Source: Octopus sinensis
Taxonomy: Eukaryota
Direction: 5' to 3'
NCBI RefSeq assembly: GCF_006345805.1
Contig: NW_021835135.1
Span: forward strand, 1 to 44,352
Length of the DNA stretch: 44,352 nt
The notes below the pieces were generated by a model. The model ran no database searches. It saw nothing but the letters and a program-made list of their open reading frames with translations, and was not told where the DNA came from. Every line of letters begins with the position of its first letter. Positions within the stretch are counted from its first letter, which is position 1. Shown one piece after another: positions 34,381 to 44,352 of this stretch. The position numbers and the translations under genes are program-made.

Positions 34381-34577
34381 AATATCCTTTGGATGTGGTG
34401 TCCATCATTCTCTTTTACTTACATTCGTGCACAAAAACTCTTTACTTCGTCACACAAATCCCGTTATAGTACCGGAGTGGTTCATACAACAACAGGTGCC
34501 TTTCTTTTTTGCTATCCGGGCAATAATTAGCTTCCCAATGACATATAATATTGCGAGATAGAATAAAGATTTTGAAA

Positions 34578-34762
34578 TTCGGGACTGTGTGGTATGAAGC
34601 GTGATTCCCGGGCTATATGGCTCCGGGTTCAGCCCCACTTAGTGGCATTTTAGGCAAATGTCCTCTTCTATATAGCCTCAGGCCGCCGACCAAAGCCTTG
34701 AAAGTGGGTTTGTCTGACGGAACCTGAAAGAAGCCTATATATATCTATCTATAGATAGATAA

Positions 34763-34821
<59 letters not shown>

Positions 34822-35013
34822 CATACATACATACATACATACATACATTCATACATACATACATACATACATGCATACATACATACGTACATACATACAT
34901 ACGTACATACATACATACATACATACATACATACATACATACATACATACATACATACAGACAGACAGACAGACATACATACAAACTTACATACAGACAT
35001 ACATATATACACA

Positions 35014-35044
<31 letters not shown>

Positions 35045-35240
35045 GCGCGCGCACTGCTTGATAACCAGTGTTGGCGGGGGTGTTAGGTCCCCGCAGCCTA
35101 GCGGCTTGGTGATCGAGAGAATGAGTACCATACTTTACTAGAATTAGTCTTGGGGTCATGTGATTCGACTAAAAATTCTCCAAGGTGGTGCCCCAGCATG
35201 GCCGCAGTCTGACGACTGAAACAACTAGAAGATAAAGATA
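34578..35240 (+). mobile_element. SINE with expanded internal (GATA)n/(ATAC)n microsatellite (34745-35045)
   Basis: Head gactgtgtggtatgaagc...ccgggttcagcccc; tail ccccagcatggccgcagtctgacgactgaaacaac. Confidence 0.85.
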
Positions 35241-35289
35241 CGTTGTGTCTATGAACGACATATCTCCCTTGCTTTCAAATTTTGTTACA

Positions 35290-35492
35290 ACGCTTGTGGT
35301 TTCGGGCGAGTGGGTAAGTCGATATTCCATCGACCCAGTGCTCAACTTGAACTTATTTTATTGATGCCGAAATGATGAAAGGTAAAATCGACCATGCATT
35401 TGAACTCAGAACAAATGACAGCATTTGAACTCAGAACACAAAGAAAGAAGGAGCATTTTTCCCGGAGTACTATCGATTCTGCCAGCTCACCA
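35290..35492 (-). mobile_element. Diverged SINE fragment
   Basis: Plus-strand cgattctgccagctcacc, tttgaactcagaac and atgaaaggtaaaatcgacc are the reverse complement of family head and body motifs. Confidence 0.72.
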
Positions 35493-35600
35493 ACAAGTTC
35501 GAAATGTTAAGAGTTATCTTTTCTTGGCATAAGGCGTCTATCGTTTTCTTTATTTTTCATTTGTATACAGAAACTCTTTACATCATCGCACAAAACGCGG

Positions 35601-35643
<43 letters not shown>

Positions 35644-35647
35644 ATAA

Positions 35648-35978
35648 CATTTTATATAAAAAAAGGCTTAGTAAAATAAATTACTTTGCCGCATACTGAA
35701 CTCATTAGAAATAGCAGCTAAAAAACTTTTTTAAAGCTATTTCTAATACTTAAAGAAAATCTCTCTCATATAGTGTTTGCTTAATTCAACTCACAAAAGT
35801 TTGGGGGTAAGGACATCGATACCCCAAAACTTTTGTGAGTTGAATTAAGCAACACTATATATGAGAGAGATTTTCTTTAAGTATTAGAAATAGCTTTAAA
35901 AAAGTTTTTTAGCTGCTATTTCTAATGAGTTCAGTATGCGGCAAAGTAATTTATTTTACTAAGCCCTTTTATATAATG
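35648..35978. repeat. Near-perfect ~160-bp-arm palindrome with 10-bp loop
   Basis: 35648-35809 is the reverse complement of 35820-35978; flanked by (TA)n on the left, with a further (TA)n at ~36076-36101. Confidence 0.95.
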
Positions 35979-36100
35979 GTAATAATTTGAATTCGCCTTG
36001 AATGGTCCCTTTGCATACTGAACACTTGGTGAAATTGATTAATAATTAATTAATTTTGCCCTCATTGTTGAAATTATATATATATATATAATATATATAT

Positions 36101-36332
36101 ATTTCTTTACTGCCCACAAAGGGCTAAACATAGAGGGGACAAACAAGGACAGACAAAGGGATTATGTCGATTACATTGACTCAGTGCGAAACTGGTACTT
36201 TTATTTATCGATGTAGAAAGGATAAAAGGCAAAGTCGACCTCGGCGGAATTTGAACTCAGAACGTAACGACAGACGAAATACCGCTAAGCATTTCGCCCG
36301 GCACGCTATCGTTTCTGCCAGCTCACCGCCTT
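36101..36332 (-). mobile_element. Full-length tRNA-derived SINE (satellite-source family)
   Basis: Reverse-complement homolog of 34145-34380. Probable TSD gcacaaaa(a)cgcggtatat at 35588 and 36333. Confidence 0.93.
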
Positions 36333-36499
36333 GCACAAAAACGCGGTATATATAGCAACGGAGTAGTTCGTACTACCAAAGGTGACTTTGTTTTTCTTCT
36401 CCTGGGTATAATTAATCCCAGTGATATAAATATTTCCGGGTGGAATAGAAATTTTGAAATTCGGAGCTTATTCAAATATTGGTACAATGCCAGTACTTT

Positions 36500-36935
36500 C
36501 ATCAAAGTCGACTTTGGCTGAATTTGAACTCAGAACGTAAATACGGCGGAAATGTCGCTAAGCATTCTGCCAATTCGCCGCCTTATCAGTATATATTATA
36601 CAGATTTCAAATTTTGGCACAAGACCAAAAATGCGGGGGGGGGGGCGTAAATCGATTACATCGACCCCAGTCTTCAGCTGGTACTTATTTTAACAACCCC
36701 AAAAGAATGAAAGGCAAAGTCGATATTGGTTTCAAATCTTGGCAAAAGGCCTGTAGGTTTGGAGAAGGGGCCACGTCGATTACATCGACCCCAGTACTCA
36801 ACTGATACTCATTTTATCGACCCCGAAAGAATGAAAGGTAAAGTCAACCCCGGCAGAATTTGAACTCAGAACATACAGACGGACGAAATGCCGCTAAGCG
36901 TTTTGACCGGCATGCTAACGATTCTGCTAGCTCTC
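36500..36935 (-). mobile_element. Cluster of nested/partial SINE copies
   Basis: Repeated cgattacatcgaccccagt...gaatgaaagg(c/t)aaagtc and tttgaactcagaac motifs. Confidence 0.82.
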
Positions 36936-37055
36936 CAAATATTGCTATATAAAATCCTGTACATTCTGTTGTGTCTGGGGAGAGTCATTTTCTTTTTGTG
37001 CCTTATAATTTAACACACTCACCGGTAAAATTTCCACTTATTTTTTATTTTTATC

Positions 37056-37096
37056 TTCTAAAATTTTCGTTGCGTCTTGCAACCTTATCAATAAAA
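37056..37096 (-). ncRNA. Putative minimal hammerhead ribozyme with U3-A8 core variant (in a ~160-bp repeat, 36938-37098)
   Basis: Minus strand: tttta-TTGATAA-g-gttgc aagac gcaac-GAAA-at-TT-tagaa. 5-bp stem II, 5-bp stem I (one G-U), loopless palindromic stem III (AAUU). Confidence 0.62.
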
Positions 37097-37114
37097 TCCA
37101 GTAGTTATTGTAAT

Positions 37115-37372
37115 GGGAGGCGCGTGGCTTAGTGGTTAGGGTGTCAGCATCATGATCGATCGTAAGATTGTGGTTTCGATTCCTGGACCGGGCGACGCGT
37201 TGTGTTCTTGAGTAAAACACTTCATTTCACGTTGCTCCAGTCCACTCAGCTGGCAAAAATGAGTAACGCTGCGATGGACTGGCGTCCCGTCCAGCTGGGG
37301 CACACATACGCCATAGAAACCGGGAAACCGGGCCCATGAGACTGGCTAGGCTTTAAAAAGGGCACATTTATT
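37115..37372 (+). mobile_element. tRNA-derived SINE
   Basis: ggaggcgcgtggcttagtggttagg (A-box)...ggtttcgattcc (B-box). Confidence 0.9.
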
Positions 37373-37482
37373 TTTTATTAGTAATTGTAATTATGATGCA
37401 TGTAGGGGGAATAACTCTTTATTTTCTTCCCTGTAATAATTATCTGTATTGAACAGGTTTTAAATTTTTCCTTTATTTTCTA

Positions 37483-37985
37483 CTAGCAGTATCGCCCGGC
37501 GTTGCTCGGGTTTGTAAGGGAAATAACTATATAAGTATTTTTAGTGAGTTATAGCAAAAAAATAGCAAAAAATGCATTAAAAATGGAATAAAAAATGATG
37601 GTAATTTTTTTTTTAAATCGTTGACTCATCGTAGACATTTTTAGAGAGTTAATTTCCTTATATAATAGCGAAAAATGCATTAAAATGGAATAAAAAATGA
37701 TGGTAATTTTTTTTTTAACCGTTGACTCATCGTAGACATTTTTAGAGAGTTACTTCCCTTATATAATAGCGAAAAATGCATTAAAATGGAATAAAAATGA
37801 TGTTAAATTATTTTTAAAATCGTAGACTCATCGTAGACGCGCGCTAATAGCCAGACGGGCTCGATATGAATCACGACTATAAGATACCCGAATTTGGTTA
37901 AACTGCACCGCAAAATGTGGGAGTAGTTAGGAATCTAAATCGAAGGGGACAGACACTCGCACAACTACAGTTTTATATATATAGA
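37483..37985 (-). mobile_element. Non-autonomous Helitron, copy 1, with ~100-bp internal tandem repeats
   Basis: Minus strand starts TC(tatatatataaaac), has the subterminal hairpin cccgagcaacgccggg and ends CTAG followed by T. Confidence 0.9.
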
Positions 37986-38510
37986 CTAGCAGTATCGCCC
38001 GGCGTTGCTCGGGTTTGTAAGGGAAATAACCATAAAGCATTTTTTAGAGATTTTACTTACTTCCTTTATAGATGCCAATTCGAGCTTTCTTAGCCATTTC
38101 TGTTTTGGTGTCTTCAAGCCATGAATTCGTTGTTCTAAAAGAACGCTGGTCTCCTTGACAAACGCTTTACGGCGTTGATTTCCTACACTCCTTACTTCCC
38201 CTTCCCCAGTTTCACGAGGAGGAAGAAAGGGGAGAAGCAAACACAGGTGCAGGTGTTTGACCATGGACGCCAACTCCGCCGCCATCGACACCACGAAAAA
38301 TTATGCATTAAAATGGAATAAAAAATGTTAAATTATTTTTTAAATCGTAGACTCATCGTAGACGCGCGCTAATAGCCAGACGGGCTCAATATGAATCACG
38401 ACTATAAGATACCCGAATTTGGTTTAACTGCACCGCAAAATGTGGGAGGAGTTAGGAATCTAAATCGTAGGAGACAGACACTCACACAACTACAGTTTTA
38501 TATATATAGA
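37986..38510 (-). mobile_element. Non-autonomous Helitron, copy 2, with a different internal segment
   Basis: Same termini as copy 1; preceded by A on the minus strand (A|T target). Confidence 0.9.
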
Positions 38511-38511
38511 T

Positions 38512-38790
38512 TTACTTGTGGCAGTCATTGGACTGCAGCCATCGTGCAGCGCCACCTGGAAGGGTTAAATCGATCAAATCAGCCGGTTTTTGTTTTTTTT
38601 TTTTGTTTTTAAGTTTGGTACTTATTCTATCAGTGGTTTTTTTTTTTGGCGGGGGGCTTTTTTTTTGCCGAACCGATAAGTTATGCGAACATAAACAAAC
38701 TAACACTGATTGTCCAGCTATGCCTGAGGACAAAGACAAAAACGATGACACATATACTTATACTTCATACATACATACATACATACGTAC
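38512..38790 (-). mobile_element. SINE 3' half
   Basis: cagtcattggactgcagccat...tacttattctatc...gccgaaccgataagt, as in the 27003 family. Confidence 0.78.
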
Positions 38791-38919
38791 ATATATCTAT
38801 CTATATATATATATATATATATAATTAGTAATAATTTTCCCCTTTTGCCTACGTGGTTTGTTTTCAAGTGCTTTGGTTTTTCTGGGAACTCCCTTTTAAG
38901 TAGAAAAGAATAGCTAGGA

Positions 38920-39005
38920 TTTTGACTGCTATTTCTAAACTTCGGTGTGTGGTGAAGCTAATCGTTGCTGAACCCTAATTATATAGTATATACTATATAT
39001 ATATA

Positions 39006-39067
<62 letters not shown>

Positions 39068-39156
39068 ATATATATATATATATAATATACTATATAATTA
39101 TGGTTCAGCAACGATTAGCTTCACCACACACCGAAGTTTAGAAATAGCAGTCAAAA
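38920..39156. repeat. ~70-bp inverted repeat flanking a (TA)n tract
   Basis: ttttgactgctatttctaaacttcggtgtgtggtgaagctaatcgttgctgaacc vs ggttcagcaacgattagcttcaccacacaccgaagtttagaaatagcagtcaaaa. Confidence 0.93.
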
Positions 39157-39174
39157 CTTCGTGCTGCACGAAGC

Positions 39175-39225
39175 TTTGTCAGTGAACAGGTCGCGGTCTC
39201 AAAGCGACGAAAATGTTTTGACAAA
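39175..39225 (+). ncRNA. Putative type-I hammerhead ribozyme with G3-C8 swapped core
   Basis: tttgtca-GTGAACA-g-gtcgc ggtctcaaa gcgac-GAAA-a tg t-TT-tgacaaa. Perfect 7-bp stem I and 5-bp stem II. Confidence 0.72.
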
Positions 39226-39492
39226 TTTATATGTTGAAGTGAATCTAACGGTTTTGTGTTTTTCTTAAATGGCTTATAAACACCTTCCACGCTGCAATTA
39301 TTTAGTAAATAAGAAAAATGTAATTTCTCATATTACGAAATATTATGGCAGTTATCACTTTATTTTCACGTATTAAAATGATTTAAAATTGATTTACAGT
39401 CAAGTTTAGCAACAGTGGAATAATAATGGGTGAAAGATGGTTGATCAGTATTAAATGGTTTGGCTTATTTGAATATTTCATTTAATTAGCAA

Positions 39493-39650
39493 TCAGGAAA
39501 TGTGCCAAGGCCGACAGGAAGCATTGCTGCTTCCTAGGGTTAAATAGCGGTGGTGTGATTCCCTTCATGGGACTGTCACATTAAGTTGACAGTATACAAC
39601 TACTCTATCGTACTGCTACTTCTTATATCACTCTGAGATATTTAGAAATG
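39493..39650 (+). mobile_element. Diverged partial copy of the 32.4-32.9 kb hammerhead element
   Basis: caggaaatgtgccaaggccgacaggaagc...gtatacaactactctatcg...gagatatttagaaat. Confidence 0.85.
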
Positions 39651-39669
39651 TAATACTCTCTCTCTCTCT

Positions 39670-40062
39670 TTTTACTCTTTTACTTGTTTCAGTCATTTGA
39701 CTGCGGCCATGCTGGAGCACCGCCTTAAGTCGAGCAAATCGACCCCGGGACTTATTCTTTGTAAGCCCAGTACTTATTCTATCGGTCTCTTTTGCCGAAC
39801 CGCTAAGTGACGGGGACGTAAAAACACCTCATCGGTTGTCAAGCAATGCTAGGGGACAACACAGACACACAAACATATACACACACACTTATATAATATA
39901 CATATATACGAACAGCTTCTTTCAGTTTCCGTCTACCAAATCCACTCACAAGGCATTGGTCGGCCCGGGCTATAGCAGAAGACACTTGCCCAAGATGCCA
40001 CACAGTGGGACTGAACCATGTGGTTGGTTAGCAAGCTACTTACCACACAGCCACTCCTGCGC
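39670..40062 (-). mobile_element. Full-length tRNA-derived SINE
   Basis: Same family as 27003-27577. Confidence 0.92.
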
Positions 40063-40279
40063 CTATTTCAATTTTATAATCTTGTGTCCTGGCTTCCCAC
40101 AGTATCAACAATTTATTCCAACCATCTCTTGCTCTTTCTTTTTCAAACAGCTTTCTCTTTTATGTCCGACCTTCTCGCAGTACCAACAACTCTCATTAAA
40201 TTTCCTGCTTCACGTACTTTCCCCTTCTTTGCTTTGAATTCGGAACTGGAGTCCACCTGAAATCTTCCTGTGCCAGACC

Positions 40280-40715
40280 TTACATACAACTCAAATTCCA
40301 GAGCTCAAGCCAATGCCTCTTGTTTAGTATTTGACTGTGCTTGTTTCACTTGAACTTTGAGCTTTGCATTGCTCAAAGCGTCGACAAACTGGTCTTTCAG
40401 AAGAAGAGCCAAAAGTTCCTGGGCAAGCTGTTGTGGTGATTCTCTGCTAGCCCTTACACGGGTCCGAAATCGTACCTTGTACACTCCACCCAGGTACATA
40501 GTGCTATATCTTCTCCCTCCCTAACGCTTCAGCTAGTGAAGAATTCTGTCCTCTTCAGACAACTGGCTCCGTTCCTCTAGTGCAGCACCCTTTAGACTAG
40601 TAGCAAGCTGAACTGCTCTTTGCCCCTCGTCCCATCCATCCTGGTTAACCAGTAGCTCAAACTGGACACAGTAGATCTCCCATGACATTTTGCCGTCAAA
40701 TTCTTAAAGCTGCTT
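40280..40715 (-). pseudogene. LTR-retrotransposon (Ty3/Gypsy-like) gag fragment
   Basis: FDGKMSWEIYCVQFELLVNQDGWDEGQRAVQLATSLKGAALE and LLKDQFVDALSNAKLKVQVKQAQ resemble a retrotransposon capsid pattern. Confidence 0.72.
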
Positions 40716-40769
40716 TTTTATGGTTACTCTACTGTGGCCTTGTACATTTTTGGCACTACCTTTTTTTAT

Positions 40770-41852
40770 CGTAACTTTTTTTACTACTGAACCAAATTTT
40801 GATTATTTTAAGTCAAATTGTAGCTTACTACTGATCCATTATAGTGCAAAAAACCAAATTAAGATTGAGCTGAAACTGAATTAGTGGTAAAGCGTCAAAT
40901 TGGCCGCGTGTGAGTAAAAGTTGGAAACAACAAATTATAACATTTTTCTTTTCCTCACTTAAAGCTGCATAACTTTTTTCTATCTAATATCTTTAGATAT
41001 TAACAGAGTTTTTACCAAAAGATTGCACTCATCGAGTTCATTCTTTTAAAATGATATAATTAAAGTATAGTTTCATTTGAAATACCTTAGATATTTTAAG
41101 TCAAAGTTAATTTTAGGTGTTACTTTCCAAATTTTTGGCTACTTAGAGTTGCATAACTTTTTTTTCTATCAAATATCTTTTAAAGAAGTTTTCACCAAAA
41201 GATTCTACTTATTGAGTTCTTTTAAAAAATATAATTAATATATAGTTTGCTTTTCAAATAACTGAGGAATTACGAGTCAAAGTAAATATCGGGTTTTACT
41301 CCCCCATTTTTTGCGCTATGTTTCTTATCATAACGTTTTTACTGAACCAAGTGGAGGCGCAATGGCCCAGTGGTTAGGGCAGCGGACTCGCGGTCGTAGG
41401 ATCGCGGTTTCGATTCCCAGACCGGGCGTTGTGAGTGTTTATTGAGCGAAAGCACCTAAAGCTCCACGAGGCTCCGGCAGGGATGGTGGTGATCCCTGCT
41501 GTACTCTTTCACCACAACTTTCTCTCACTCTTACTTCCTGTTTCTGTTGTACCTGTATTTCAAAGGGCCGGCCTTGTCACTCTCTGTGTCACGCTGAATA
41601 TCCCCGAGAACTACGTTAAGGGTGCACGTGTCTGTGGAGTGCTCAGCCACTTACACGTTAATTTCACGAGCAGGCTGTTCCGTTGATCGGATCAACCGGA
41701 ACCCTCGTCGTCGTAACCGACGGAGTGCTTCCACCACTGAACCAAACTTCAATTATTTTATGTGAAAATGTAGCTTACCACTGGTTCATCAGTGGTTGAG
41801 CTAAAACTGAATTAGTTGTAAAGCGTAAAGTTGGCCGTGAGTGAGTAAAAGC
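40770..41852. repeat. Old composite repeat: ~150-bp direct repeats (40770-40920; 41330-41852, SINE-interrupted) enclosing two ~185-bp tandem units
   Basis: actgaaccaaa...tgtagctta...ttgagct(g/a)aaactgaattagt...gtgagtaaaag occurs twice; gcataacttttt...ccaaaagatt...agtcaaagt occurs twice. Confidence 0.7.
41351..41735 (+). mobile_element. Young full-length tRNA-derived SINE with 10-bp TSD
   Basis: A-box tggcccagtggttagg, B-box ggtttcgattccc; TSD actgaaccaa at 41341 and 41736. Confidence 0.95.
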
Positions 41853-42104
41853 TGACCTTAAGAATATGATTCACACACTCAAGAGTTCACCATTGTCTGA
41901 TTCTGGAACAGAGCTAATCTGTTTTCACACAATGACATCAACAAAAACAACAGAGAAAAATAGGAATGAAAAAAGAAGCAACAACAAGATGTAAGAAATA
42001 ATATCAAATTTTATTTGCCACAGAAAAGAGAGTAATTCTTTCGTGAATACTTGTTTAGAATTGTAAAGAAAACATTGGTCTATTTTGCACGTACGCATAC
42101 GTGA

Positions 42105-42218
42105 GAGTATAATATATGTGTATCACCTCTTATATATAATATATATGTGTGTGTGTGGGTGTGTGTGTGTATACCATAATATATTATGTGTGTGTGTGTG
42201 TGTGTGTGGTGTGTATAC

Positions 42219-42263
<45 letters not shown>

Positions 42264-42649
42264 CCTATATATATATATATACTATATATATATATATATA
42301 CCTATAATATATATATATACCTTATATATATATATATACCTATATATATATATATATATATACCTATATATATATATATAGCTATATAATATATATATAT
42401 ATACCTATAAATATATATATAATATACCTATATATATATATATATATACCTTATACTATATATATATATATACCTATAATATATATAGTATACCTATATA
42501 TATATTATATTACCTATATCATATATATATATATACCTATAAATATATATATATTATATATAGAGAGAGAGAGAGAGAGAGGCAGAGGGAGAAAGAGAGA
42601 GATTATATACATATATGGATTATATATACATATATACATCTACATATAT

Positions 42650-42700
<51 letters not shown>

Positions 42701-42714
42701 ATATATTAGTGCAT

Positions 42715-42750
<36 letters not shown>

Positions 42751-42900
42751 GACTGTATATATGTATATCTACAAATAACGAAAAATATTACTGCTGACGT
42801 GTATTTCCATGCGCGCAAGCGCACAGATTTGTGCGTATATATAAGAGCGTGTATGGATGCACGTATGTACGTATGTACATATATGTATGCATAATATTTG
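42105..42900. repeat. Compound (TG)n/(TA)n microsatellite with periodic 'cc' interruptions
   Basis: Direct inspection. Confidence 0.95.
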
Positions 42901-43019
42901 ATAGCAGATGTGGATGTGTGTGTATGTGCGCGTGCGTGCGCGTGGTTTTCACGCGATTACACGATGAGGTGCTAATTAAACAGCGTGCGATTGCAAATCC
43001 ATCTTAATTTCTCTAAATT

Positions 43020-43170
43020 TATTATCATCACCTTCATCATCATCATTATTATTATTGTTACCACTACAAGTATTACTATTGCTATTATTATTATTATTAT
43101 TATTATTGTTGTTATTGTTATTGTTATTGTTGTTGTTGTTGTTGTTGTTGTCGTCGTCGTCGTCGTTCTT
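43020..43170. repeat. Trinucleotide gradient (ATC/ATT/GTT/GTC)
   Basis: Direct inspection. Confidence 0.9.
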
Positions 43171-43460
43171 GCTGTTATTTATAACGACACCCCCCCCCCC
43201 ACAAACAGAAACTCGTCGCTCGGGGCACGTTAACCTACTTTCTCCTTAATCGTTTCCCATGCGCTTGAAATCTTATTCTTAATCTTTTCCTTCATCTGAT
43301 GAAACAAACCATGATTGTTTATCCATTTTGTCAACTCGCTGGCTTTCTCCGAGAAGCATTTACCGGCGATTTTACCAATATTTTTCCATATTCTGCAAAA
43401 ATAAAACAAAACGGGAAAAAAATAGAATGAAAAATTTCCGTTTATTTCACTCTTTAATTT

Positions 43461-43498
43461 CTTAAAATTTTCGTTGCGTCTTGCAACCTTTTCAACAC
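43461..43498 (-). ncRNA. Second U3-A8 hammerhead-like motif, with fold-back copy at 43515-43532
   Basis: Minus strand: TTGAAAA-g-gttgc aagac gcaac-GAAA-at-TT-taag; stem II identical to the 37.07 kb copy; stem I disrupted. Confidence 0.52.
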
Positions 43499-43536
43499 TT
43501 TTTCAAAAAAACTATTGAAAAGGTTGTAAGACATTG

Positions 43537-43537
<1 letters not shown>

Positions 43538-43612
<75 letters not shown>

Positions 43613-43722
43613 TGTGTGCGTGTATGTATGTATGTATGTACGGATGTTTGTAGATATATATATTTATAGGCTAAACTGGAAAATGACCATTCCGAATGTA
43701 ACAATCTATATATATAACATAT

Positions 43723-43777
<55 letters not shown>

Positions 43778-43786
43778 TATATATAT
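43538..43786. repeat. (TG)n and (TA)n microsatellites
   Basis: Direct inspection. Confidence 0.95.
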
Positions 43787-43859
43787 GGCGGTGCCCCAGC
43801 ATGGACACAGCTCGTGAGCTGAAACTACATAAAATGAATATAAATAAATAAATAAAAAT

Positions 43860-44301
43860 ATAGGACGGCCTGCTGTGCTGACCTTGGATCGTAGAGTGAC
43901 CCGTTGTTCTTGAGGAGACCTATTTGAGTCAAGTTCATCAACATCAAAATAAAAATTCAAATGGAAGCTGTAGTTAAGACACCCGTGCCAGTGACACGTA
44001 AAAAGTACCGTCCGAACGTGGCAGACGCCAGCGCCGCCTGGCTGGCGTCCGTGTCGGTGACACGTAAAAGCACCAACCGATCGTGGCCGTTTGCCAGCCT
44101 GCTCTGGCTCCTGTGCCGGTGGCACGTAAAAAACACCCACTACACTCACGGAGTGGTTGGCGTTAGGAAAGGCATCCAGCTGTAGAAACACTGCCGGATC
44201 AGACTGGAGCCTGGTGCGGCCTCCATGGCTTCCAGACCCCGGTCGAGCCGTCCAACCCATGCTAGCGTGGAAAATGGACATTGAATGATGATGATGATGA
44301 T
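43860..44301 (+). mobile_element. 3' portion of a SINE-like retroposon with internal gtgacacgtaaaa repeats and (ATG)n tail
   Basis: Three gtg(a/g)cacgtaaaa units, ggcgttaggaaaggcatccagctgtagaaac, ends tgatgatgatgatga. Confidence 0.75.
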
Positions 44302-44352
44302 ACACGCACATATATACATGTATATATATACCATGTATATATACATATATAT

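Noticed and set aside
41351-41425. Functional tRNA gene (also 37115-37195)
   Set aside because: The tRNA-like head runs into a SINE body shared with other copies, and the 41351 copy has a TSD.
43291-43310. CTGATGA as a hammerhead core
   Set aside because: No stem II/GAAA arrangement follows; it is only a short ttcatc/gatgaa hairpin.

Overview
Repeat-dense animal genomic DNA with no recognisable intact host gene. The SINE families and microsatellite load look most like an octopus/cephalopod genome (from recall, not a database search). Bases 1-15,070 are a tandem array of about 115 copies of a 131-bp unit; the unit is the tRNA-like head of a dispersed SINE, and the array ends in a SINE copy that continues into the normal body. 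The remaining 29 kb is a mosaic of microsatellites, tRNA-derived SINEs, decayed LINEs (R4/Dong-like, CR1-like, RTE-like), Tc1/mariner relics, a MITE carrying telomere-like repeats, Helitron pieces and an LTR gag fragment. The most interesting signal is a set of seven minimal type-I hammerhead-ribozyme (HHR) motifs in short non-coding elements, mostly beside simple repeats and several with fold-back inverted repeats (Penelope-pLTR/retrozyme-like). Together they show three different pairings at core positions 3-8 (C-G, U-A and G-C). One lies in a ~355-nt circularly permuted monomer, a retrozyme/circRNA candidate. Nearly all ORFs in the supplied track are artefacts of simple repeats or TE remnants. 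Many coordinates are approximate, read by eye.
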